Assembly: GCA_904063045.1 (NCBI GenBank)
Contig: CAJFCJ010000005.1
Coordinates: 3,156,165-3,220,164 of the forward strand
Source: Dimorphilus gyrociliatus
Taxonomy: Eukaryota; Animalia; Annelida
DNA length: 64,000 nucleotides
Reading direction: 5' to 3'
Shown here piece after piece: positions 12,771 to 24,159 of the stretch (position 1 is the stretch's first letter; each line of letters starts with the position of its first letter). The position numbers and the translations under genes are program-made. Under the pieces are notes generated by a model that saw nothing but the letters and a program-made list of their open reading frames with translations, was not told where the DNA came from and made no database searches.

Positions 12771-15700
12771 ATGCTCAAATTGAAGGGTTATTATATTGAC
12801 AAGGTCAACCCTAGAGGAAGTTCTCAAGTTAATTGCAAATCAAATTCAAAAGCTAGTGAACGTCAGGAAATTCTCCAATTACCAGTTGAAATCTGGAGAA
12901 TAATATTTAATTTTTTATCCCCGTTTGATCTTTGTCGATGCGTATGCGTTTGCAAACAATGGAACACTATTATATACAGCTTAGATATCACAACGTGGCG
13001 ACGACTATTTCTTTCTTCTCACGAATGGCGCCATCCCCATTGGCCATGCGAAGAAGCCGAACCGACGAAGCCCTGGAGAATTCTGTACCGAGAAAATTTC
13101 CTTATATCAAAAATGTGGTGCCAAAAATCTATGCAAAGTGTCTCTTGTCTGCATGTATTTAAACGAAGGCGAGAACGAAAGATAATTAATGTTGGTTCTG
13201 GATTTGAACATGAAACCCTTCGCAGTGCTTTAAATGTAGCTTGTGAATATGATAGAATAACTTTACATCCCGGTGTCTACGACGAACAATTCGAAATGTC
13301 TTCAAAACTTCCTTTAGAATTAGTTGGTTGTGGGCCTCTTGGTTCAGTAGTGATCGTTGTTTGTATAGAACAAAATGCTCTTACTGGTCGATTATGTAAT
13401 TTGGTTCTCCGAGCCCCATGGTTCACAGGGTATATGCTGAAGATAAGCTTGGGGCATTTACAAGTAGATAATTGTCGATTTGAGGACGGCCAGATTCTAG
13501 TTCAAAATCCAGGTAGCTGCCTCATAAGGTACACAGAATTTGTTAGAGCCCACTTAGCATTACATCACGTTAGCGTAAGCGTAATTGAAAATTGCTATTT
13601 TTCAACCGATAATACTGCAATACAGGTAAGGTTTCTTGAAAATTACAAGGTTTCTTTACGTAATAATAAATTAATAGATACAAGGTCCGCCAAAGGAACA
13701 TAATGGTAATTGGACATATTACAATTTAATTCGACACAGCTACTCTAAACAATGTCGAAGGGATGATGGAGAGGATACCGTTTCAAATTATGCTGTCCCT
13801 TCCAGCTACAGTTGCATCCAACTTGGAAAAGTGATTTAATTAAATCTATTATTCTCTATTTTTTGCAATCAACCGTCTTGTTTTCTTTCATAGGCTCAAA
13901 ATGAAACAGTCAATAGTAACGTTCCAAATAAATCTGCGGCTGAATTCTGTATTGGTGGTGCGAGTGCCGCAGCTGCAAGTTGTTTTGTCGGCTCCTATAT
14001 TGATTGGGAGTCGGTCTTAGATTCTGATTCTGATCATAGTTACTCCACAGATACAGGTAATACCGATTTTCCAATTGAAATCAAGCTCTTTATGTTTTAT
14101 ATTTCTCTTTTTAGAATAGTAACTTTTTTATATTTATCAATTTTTTAAGTTTCTAAAGAGTTTAAGCTAATTTTCTTTTTTCAGAGTTTGATAACCAAGT
14201 TCCAGCCAGTAATACTTACGATAAAAAGCAACAAAATAGCTCAACTGTACCACACTCTGAATTATTTACCAGCGACGTCTCGTCAACCATAGATTCATGC
14301 GTAACTGTTAAGTATGGAAAATTGGGTTGTCAAGTAGATTTGTCTAATCTTTTAAGAGGAGAAAGTAAACTTTATGTTAGCAATTAAATTTAAAAATTCA
14401 ATGTCATAAAAATTTACAATTGATAAACTCTTTTGAACAGAGCGCCATTAAGCATACTATTGGTCCTGTCATTCGCTACTGCCTAATTGAGAAAGGTCAA
14501 GGTGGTATAAGTGTAACAGTTAGTGCTCAAGCGCATTTATGGTATAATCGTCTCTTGAATTTAACCTTTGGTGTTCGATGTTTGCAAAATTCTAAGGTTG
14601 GTTTCTTGCTTTCTTGTAAATTTTTTATCAACTGCTCGAGTTTACAGCCAGAAAACGGTTGATTTATTCTATTTAAATTATGGTAAATTTTTTCATTTAG
14701 GTTGTAATACTTGGAAATGAGATTAAAAACTGCAGGTCTTCCGGAATTTTTATGAGACTTCATGCTAATGGTATAATTGCAGGTCAGATATCATAATATA
14801 ATTAACATCCTATTAAACTATCACGATTCTTTACTCTTCATAAAATATACAGGCAATGACATTAGTGAAATGTCTGAAGCTGGAATCGATATAAGAAAGA
14901 ATGCTGATCCTTTGATAATAGTAAGGAAGTGCCAATTCGCAAAAAAAAATTCCAACTTTTTCCTTCGTTTATATGAAAATAAAATCTGTTTTTTTTTTTT
15001 GCATCTAACTTATTACAGTCAAACAAAATACACGGAGGAAAGCGATCCGGTATTGTTGTTCTTGGAAACGGTCGAGGGACAATAAAGTCAAATGATATAT
15101 ACGATAACAAAGAGGCAGCCGTTTATATATTGTTTAAAGGAAATCCATATGTGATGTTGGTTAAATCCTTATATTTTCCAATTTTTTTTTCACTTTTATT
15201 TCTTATAATTTATGATTTCGTAATAATAAAATAGCGAGAATAAAATATACAATGGATCAGCTAATGGGATAGCTGTTAGTGAAGATGGAAGAGGTTTCAT
15301 TATTAGTAAGGCACACGTCTTTGTTAATTATTGTCCTCTTTGCATTTATCCCGTCTTATTACAGACAATTTAATTAGCAACAACCGATGGAATGGAATCG
15401 ATATACGAAGCGGCGGAGAACCAAGAATAGTATCCAATCTTATATGTTCTAGTTATTGTCACGGACTTGTAATTGGACATAAATCAGTCGCATCTGTAGA
15501 AAACAACATTATATCTTGTAAGCCAGTTTTCGCTATTGCTCTAGTTTTTATTAATTTATTGAATTTCTTATTTTTATATAATCAGTTCCATCTTTCTCTT
15601 TTACATTGTATATTATTTTTATAGCAAATTACGGAAGCGGGATAGTAGTTTGTGGCGGACTACCACATATACAAGGCAATCAAATTTACAGTAATAGGGA

Positions 15701-17080
15701 ATACGGCATTGTATATATGCAATCAAGCAGGGTAATTATAGAAATCGTTGTGGTAAATTGGTGATAAATCAATCAGGACATGCAAATATTTCATATAGAT
15801 TGAAAATGAACCGTCAGTCTCATCAGCGGATGACAGCAGTGATTCTAGTAGTGATTCCGATCGAGCACACTCGCACTCCGAACGAACTAAAAGATGGCCA
15901 GATAAATCTGATTTTCATGTATCATCGGCGAATGTTCAATATAACACATTCTCTTTCAATCATCAAGGAGGAATTCGAATAGAATGTGCCTATCAAATAC
16001 GACTAACGGCCAATACAATACACGCTAATAGAGGAACTGGAGTTGTTTTTATGCAGCCATCATCCGTTTTATTACAGACTACTTCAATAACCTGCAATGC
16101 TGGAAGTGGGATCTGCGTTCAACGAGGAGCAAAGGTTAAAACAAATATTTTAAGAGGAATTCGTTGCAAGTTTACTTTATCCTCCTTTTTTTTATCCAGG
16201 CTGATATATCCGGTTGTGGGATATATGATAATTGCGGTCATGGGGTTGATATAAGTGGACAAGTTCATTTAACAGAAAGCGATGTTTTTAATAATCAAAT
16301 TCATGCTGTTTTCTTAAATGAAACTTCTGAGGCCATGGTTTGTACTTTTCTTTCATTTAAACAAGATAAAGAGTGGCAGTATCGACATAATGAAGAGAAA
16401 TTTTAATAAATCTAGATTAAAAGAGATAGGCGTTTATATATAAATAGATAGAGAATATTACGTATATAATATGCATATGTAAGTACATATTGTATTTACA
16501 CTAATTACTTATAATAAGAATAGATTATTTAGTAGGCTTGTCTATATTTTTAGCATTTAAAATAAATCAGTGTATGTTAATACGTTCACACTTCACAGAT
16601 CGAAGATAATCGTCTTCACGCCACACATGATTACAGTCTGGGCATGCGAGATGGTGCCAATGGATCTGTGAAATATAATCAAGTTTATAAGGGCAAATAC
16701 GAAGAACTCTGCACTCTTCCAAGTAACGGCGTTCGCATTTCATTCTCTAACAATTGCAGCAATCGAAAAGTTTTCGTGTAAGTCTAAACGTCATTGGTCT
16801 ATTGATTTTTGCCTTTTTATTTATTCTACCTCATTCCTGCAGCGAAAGAGGTTTAGAGTCTTATCTAGACGACCCTCCACCACGACCTCACGTAAGCAAT
16901 TTATTTTCCTTTAACTAGTGCTTACTATTTCCCCTTTATTCTCTAAAGATACACTTACCGAAGAGTATAAATCCGGTTACGCCTGCTCGGTATAAAACTT
17001 CTTGCAGCTTAGTGAAACCTATTAGCGGCAATGGTCAGTTTACCGGAACATACGGGAGTATGGTTTGTCAAATCCTCTGA
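12771..17080 (+). CDS. FBXO10: F-box protein 10 (F-box plus PbH1/parallel beta-helix repeats, C-terminal CaaX)
   Basis: F-box LPVEIWRIIFNFLSPFDLCRCVCVCKQW, then WRHPHWP, FKRRRERK, YDRITLHPGVYDEQ and RLCNLV, all matching recalled FBXO10 motifs. Many short PbH1 exons follow, then DDPPPRPH. The last exon ends MVCQIL*. Confidence 0.92.
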
Positions 17081-17715
17081 TGATGGATGATTAACTCATT
17101 CTTTACTCTATCGTTAATGAATTCGAGGAAACAATCTTATTGCATTTACTTACATGTGCAAGCTATTTTGTTGCTCACTGGAAAAGTCTAGTCATATTAT
17201 TCTTTTTAGTGTGTTCTATTTGTATTAGCTCTGCAATGTGTTTGCACATATAGGATAAAGCCGAATTGATTAATAAAATCTGTGGAGAATCTCTCTATAC
17301 CTCATTTTCCTGCTCGGCGACGTACGAATATTAACAAATACTTCAAAGAAATAGCGAATATATACAATAAACAAGAGTATAATATTAAATATTATTTATT
17401 ATTTTAATTTTATTTCGTTATTTTTTTTGCTGACAGGGTAGATAATAACATACGCAAGGATTATATATGTATTAACACACAACTTAGCCTTTTATACACT
17501 TTTTTCTTGTAGATAAGGATATAAAAAGACAGAAAATACTTTTAAATTAATAATTATATTATAGAAGTACCTTGCAATTGTTTATCTTTCCTTATTACTA
17601 TAGAAACGAATGTCAGAAGAATATGTCAGTTAGAGGAAATAAATACATTAGATTTATAAATTTTATATATACATCTTTGAAGAAGCAGTTGGATTATTTC
17701 GTGAAAATTCCTTTC

Positions 17716-20700
17716 TCAGCGAAAATGTGAAATTAGCTCAATTGGCAGGGGAAAGATGATTGTGGAATTTTTCTCGCTAGATATTGTTGATAGCGTTTGC
17801 TGTTGAGTATAAGAAAATGATATAGTATTAGATAAATAAAATTGATCCTAAGCTAAAGTAACTATTTCCTCATTCTTTCGTGAGGAAAAAAGAAACAGGT
17901 TTAGCGATGAAGAGGAAAGAGTCAAAGTTAAATATCTTTAACCCGAGGGTTTGCTGGGTTAAAACGTTTTTTCATTGGTTTTGCATCTGTAACTCTATTT
18001 CAGCTAATATATTCTATATTGTAAGTTACTTACGAGGTACCGTAGTTGTAAAGCTGCTGGACTTTCAGCCATTACATCAGCTGCCTCTTTCAGAGCTCTT
18101 GCTGAATCGTTCTCCCCTTCGGCGGCAATTACCTAAAAATACGGAAATTGGCCTCAAGTTTCTGAGCATTGATTAAAAGTAAAAAGAAGAGGAAAAGGAA
18201 AAATATGTTATTTCTTTTTGTTATTGGTTCATTCATACCTTGGCTCTAGCTTCCCTTGCGGCTTCCGCCTCAGCCGCCATGGCCCGTTGTAATTGAACCG
18301 GAAGCCGCACGTCTTTGCTGTTCATGTGCAATATCGAATATAATTAGGCGAGGGAAAAGGGAGGGTAGTAAAGCAAATGAATATGAGAAACATAAGTATT
18401 TGCTAAACAATTCCCTGTTTGCGCAATAACCCGTTACTTACATTTCAACCCGTTCCACCCGAATTCCCCAGTTATCCGTCGCATCATCGAGCGTTGACTG
18501 CATGGAATTACTGATAGTTTCTCTTTCGCTTAATATTTCACTTAAGTTTTTCGTTCCCAGAACATTTCTCAAAGTCGTTTGTGCGAGAAGACGGGTACTG
18601 TGATGGGCGTTTTCAACATTTGCCACTGAGACTGTTGCATTACTGACTCGGTAATAGACAACAGCATCGACCGACACCGTCACTGAATCCTTCGTTAAGA
18701 CCTCTTGAGGCGGAACGTCGAAGGAGACGGTCCTTAAGTCCACTTTCGTATAGCTTTCGATGCAGGGTAGAACAAAGAAAATGCCAGGTCCTTTAGCCCC
18801 TCCGGACAAAAGTCGTCCCAAACGGAAAATAACAGCTCGTTCATACTCTTGCACAACTTTCATACAAACGCATAGGGAGAGGGGAAACGTTACGAAGACC
18901 AAGAGCCATGAGAAGAGCGTTAACAACCACCCACAGCAACCTAAACCTTCTTTGCTGTCGTCGGCTGATAAGAGAGATTCTATTTTATAAGCTAATCTAC
19001 GTCTAATCCCCGAATAATCTCTTATATACTTTATAAAGAGGAAATACTAATCGATAAACGAGAAGACTTATTTATAACACCGGTATAGTTAAATGCAATT
19101 TATGAAATATATACAATATATAGTGTTTTACTTTAATTCTATGTACATCATAGTCCGTTAAGCATATATATATAATATAGTATATAATATATCTAATATT
19201 AGTTTAAGGATTAAATAAAAAAAATTATCTTTACCGTAATTGTATCCTGTTCTAGGGTTGAAGGTGGTCTTGGGAGCAGACCCATTATCTGTAATCATTT
19301 TCGGTTAGAAGGACGTCTTCACTAATATTAACCGCTTTAACTTTTGTACATGCAACTATATCCGTTTTTTTTTCCTTTTTGGAAAAAAGTCTAGAAGGGG
19401 TATTTAATTACGTTTACCTTGCAGCACGAGCATCTTAAGCGATGTCTCGAGAGCTGTGGTGAAATGTACGCTGTTTAATTAGCGATTTTCGCCCTCTATC
19501 GAGCGTTTTAAGTTTGATTGCAATTCCTCTTTTTTCTAATCTTATTAGAGAGGGGAGTGGAAAAACGTTGTCACAATCGATAAACGTTGTTTTGGTGATA
19601 AAAACCTCCTTAGTCATCCCAACCTAATAGCAATAAATCGGCCCGTGAACTTAGTACTAACCAGAATGCATAGGATTATTCCAATTCTCCTGCATTAAGC
19701 CTTCGTTCACGAACACTTTTAGCATATGATTAATTCATATTTTTAAATATACGCATTTTACCATTAACAATTGAACATATGTTTGCAATAATATTAACGC
19801 TTACATCTGTACAGAGACATCTCACAATAAAAATAATTATTCTGAAATAAGTTACAAATAGGCCTAAATGCTTTATTTATTAAAATATAAAGAGGGCATA
19901 TTTTAACGAGCATAAAAATAAAATGTTACTTTCTAGTTATCAGATGCTTTTAGAGTCATGTCTTATTTACGTATAGCTCAGTTGTTTTTTTGTCTGTTTT
20001 GCGGCCTTCTGTCAGTCAATAAGCCCGACGTTCACTTAGCTATTTTTCATTAAATAGGTAGCTAATAAATTCGATGAGAGACAAATAGACTGGATTATTC
20101 TCTCCATTTCTCTTTCTCTATCTCTTTCGTCTTCTTTTTATCTCTATTTTGTCTCGTACATGTCATTGCTATAATTTTACCCGTCCCCTACCAATTATGG
20201 TTAGCCCTGCAACACTCCATTTCCCATTTCCTTTTCCCACTCTACTTCAATCCTATTTTATCTAACATTTTCCATACCGTCAATTTTCATAGGTAATACC
20301 CAATTTGGTTTTTGCCGCATGGCGTCCAAACAATAATCTGACAATGTTATCATTCTGATTACGCAATTTAACAGTAACAGTGTATGCATTAAAATAATTA
20401 TCATCAATACGGAACGTAGCACAACTACTGAACGTATAACCGGAAATAAATTAGTGTACGTCAACACAGGAACGAGGGAGAAGAGAGATTTTTCCCATAA
20501 GTGTATTTATATACAGACTATACATATATATATATATATACGTATACATCTATGTATCTATACGCATATATGTATATAGCTATATGTTATAATATATTTT
20601 CTTATTCCTTCATTTCCCTAGTTACGATAGAACACCTCAGAAAATCACGCAAAGCCTCTTCCCTTCGACGTCCCATCGAATTGCGTTACCATAGAAACAA

Positions 20701-21260
20701 CGTAGTGACGTTTGATGGTAAAAGGCGTTCAAAAAGTATGTGTTCGTTAACGGGCCTCTTTTGTGGACTAGAAAAAACCTATCGATTTTTGGTAGTCGGT
20801 CAACTTTGTTCGTATAAACATAAATAATATAATATAAATAAAAATAAATGTGTTTCTTTGTCTATTTATATACCTAAATATATGTGTATATAGGTCTATA
20901 TACAGCATATACAGTATTTACAGCATATAGAGTATACACAGTATATACAATATAACAATATATGTTTATATGAACGAGGGTGAAAAAAAACAGTTGCATG
21001 CAGAGCACTAGTTAAGATTTCGAAATATTACTTTACATTTTGCATATAATATACAGTATATATATATATAGGATATAAATCTGCGCAAATCCCAGATATT
21101 ATAAGTGTTTATATAAATATATATCTATTACGTAACGGTAGCAAAATACATAATTATATATTCATTTAATAACTAAATCTATTTATGCGGCTAATTTCTG
21201 CATAAACACAAGGCATAATATATATATATACACACATACATATATATATAAATATATTAA

Positions 21261-21293
<33 letters not shown>

Positions 21294-21686
21294 GCTATAT
21301 ATATATTTATTTATATTTTTTCCCAAGATAGACAATCTATTAAATAATTCTTTCCCCTTTTGCAGTATTACCTTCTTTGCAATCTTTTAGCGAAAGTACA
21401 GTTTTAATTATTCAATCTTTATTAATATTGGGATATTGTTTTAAATGTTATGATTGTCTTCTAATGTGTATAAATATATACAGATATATATTTTAAGCTA
21501 TAGTATATGTGTGTCTTTTATATTTTATATTCATTCGTATTGAAGCATAAAGCGGAAAGTTTTATTACAGAATATATTAAATATGCATTTTTTGGTTTTA
21601 CCTCGTAGTTCGTCGCTCATCTCGATTTGCTCATTATTATGGTGCTCCATTAACGAATCTCCCTCACCAGCTTCCAATTCCGACAT
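17716..21686 (-). CDS. Stomatin / band 7 / MEC-2-like protein, paralog A
   Basis: Exons: 21686-21602 (MSELEAGEG.., phase 1), 19288-19235, 18964-18442 ([35 protein letters not shown]), 18317-18239 ([26 protein letters not shown]), 18132-18034 and 17799-17716 ([27 protein letters not shown]). All junctions are in phase. First-exon choice is uncertain. Confidence 0.93.
20685..20698. promoter_or_regulatory. RFX X-box
   Basis: GTTACCATAGAAAC is a perfect match to the X-box consensus GTHNYY-AT-RRNAAC. Confidence 0.5.
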
Positions 21687-21733
21687 ATCATCTCGCTGAT
21701 CGCACTTTTTTTCTCCTTTTGCATTTTGCAAAC

Positions 21734-21750
21734 TGCGCCACCTAGCGGCA
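21734..21750 (-). promoter_or_regulatory. CTCF consensus motif just upstream of the stomatin A first exon, next to a CRE (TGACGTCA 21761-21768)
   Basis: The minus strand reads TGCCGCTAGGTGGCGCA, a full match to CC(A/G)C(C/T)AG(A/G)(G/T)GGC(G/A)C. Confidence 0.55.
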
Positions 21751-22853
21751 CGCTACGTTGTGACGTCATATCGACGCCGACGCTATCTGTCGACGATCGT
21801 CTCCTTAGTTTTTATTTTTTTACCAAACTGAAAATGTTCACCAGACGATCAACTTTGTAATTATGAAAGAATCTTATAGAAGAGACAGTAAAGACAGCAT
21901 TGGTAAGTCTATAAATACCAAAAGAGTGTTTGTTTATTCTCTCGTATATAGTTTTGCAGAGGTGCAATAGGAAGTTGTAGGTTAAGCCCCAACAACTGCA
22001 AAATGCTCTACAGATAGATAAAATGTAGTATAAAAACGAATTTATTTACAAGTTTATATTTATTCTCATCCTTATTCCCTTTTACCGCTGAAGTAATAGA
22101 CTACCAAGAAAAAAGCCAACAGATTGAATTCACATTTCCCAAACATATCCTCTGCAAAAATCGATGTCTTCCAACTATAATAATTTGACGCAATAGTTTG
22201 TGAGACGCAAAAAATATCGTATATCGCGCTACTTTCTAACTAGGTCTAATATTAATATATATATATATATATATTTGTAGTGTAATATAACAAGGATAGT
22301 AAGTGCAAATTGACCGATAAAGGAGATGAATAAAAATTAGAAGACAAGCTTGATAGCAATGTAGACAGTTTTGTATAAATACAAATATATAAATATATGT
22401 ACAAACATATATTTGCAAATATATAAACATAGTTGTATGAGTATCTCTTCAATAATAAAGGCATATACTGTATACTAATATAAATATAGGAATATATATT
22501 CTGTATATATACAATATATACGTAGAGTTTACGAAAAATACTATGTTAAACATAATGTACAAGAGAGAGAGAGGCATGTGAACGCGTTCAAAAGCACACG
22601 TGTACTCAAAACATACATGTTTAAATGCGATATATGTTCTTTATGTACATATCTAAAACATTAGAGAGAACGTACACATTAGGCTCTCATAGTTCTCACT
22701 TTGCAGAAGCGTCAGTCATAGTTTACCGCCTATTTTCCGTTCTTCCGCTTTGATAGCCCCCTATCCTATCCCACTGATTTTGATATATCATACAAAAAGA
22801 AAAGGCCTCTATTTTTAGGTTTCGCCGGAAGGCAAGGGCACGACGACGAAGCA

Positions 22854-22902
22854 ATGATGGTTGGGCGTCGCGAGCGTCTAAGTTCTACTGGATACACAGT
22901 CG
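22854..22902 (+). CDS. Candidate alternative first coding exon of stomatin B (MMVGRRERLSSTGYTV)
   Basis: GC-rich 49-nt ATG-initiated segment ending at a phase-1 donor G|GTAAAT, compatible with the phase-1 acceptor at 24730. Confidence 0.5.
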
Positions 22903-23821
22903 GTAAATATTAAAAGAAAAAAATTTATAGATCTCTTTTGTCGTTCATAAATTGTTTATTTATTCTGTATTTGGTTTTTAAAAATCATAAATTATGCACG
23001 ATAATTGATTGGTTTATTTATACGTTAAGGATGAGAAGGAATATAAAAAGGACGACCGCGCCTTCGTTCGTTTTCTTCTCAGCCCCTGGGGAGGGTCGCA
23101 ATGCTTCCTTTCGCGCATCTGTAAATGAATTTAGCAAATGGTCTCTTCTTATTCTTTGTCGCCTGTTTGCTTTAGACATATTTCATTTTCGAAAACAATT
23201 GGCCAGCCTAATCGATTTCCAGTTGAATCGAAAACTTAAATACTAATTTTAACATTAATAAAAGCACAAGGCTTCAAGGTTGTTAGGGGTTAATTATAAA
23301 ATCTCAGAAGAGCGTTGAAAGAGTGTAATTTCAGAGTGGATAAAAATGAAATATAAAATGAAAAATAGACAGGAGGACGTAACAGGAAGACTTTCTTCCT
23401 TTGTTACTTCCAGAAAAGTGTCACTTCAATCAATTGGGACTTCTCGTCAGTAGAACATAAATTGTGCGTGAATGATAAACAGTTCTATAAATAGTGAAGA
23501 GAGACGTATAAATATATAACGCTACTCCAATAGGCAAAGAAATTAATCTATTCCAATCATTTTGAATTGCCTTTAACTACATATGAATTATGTAAAAGTT
23601 CTTCTAGTTAGTTTAACGTATTTTTTCGAAACAAGGAGATATTTTTACTTTTTTCGCGGAAGTTGCCTAGACGACCGAAATAAATGATCAGCGCTTGCGC
23701 ACGTAACGAAAAAAATAGAGTGAGAGACGCCTAGTATTCAAGCGCCTTAAGACTAGGCGTCACTGGCAATATTCATATGTCTAGCAACAGAATAGCTGAC
23801 GCTAGTGCATTAGACGCCAAT

Positions 23822-24128
23822 ATGCACCCCTCTTCAGGAGCATCCCACGAAAAAAGGATACAATTATGCTACGAAGAGGATGGAGGTATTAATATATATA
23901 TATATATACAGTAGATGTATATATATGTAAAGTTATATATGTATATATCGAATAGAAGCAATAGGAATAAAAGACTCATGAAACTGTCAAGTAATTTGCA
24001 ATTATTATATAGAAAAGAAAGAAACGAATTATAAAAGTTTAAGAAGAGACTAAGTGATCGAGAGAGAAAGAATGAGTCTGTATATGTTAGAGTGTCAGTG
24101 TGAGAGTAGGAGAGAGAGTGGGAGAGAG

Positions 24129-24159
<31 letters not shown>

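Noticed and set aside
18760-18990. Plus-strand ORF, and likewise the minus-strand ORFs at 25033-25215 and 25387-25581
   Set aside because: These are antisense to stomatin exons.
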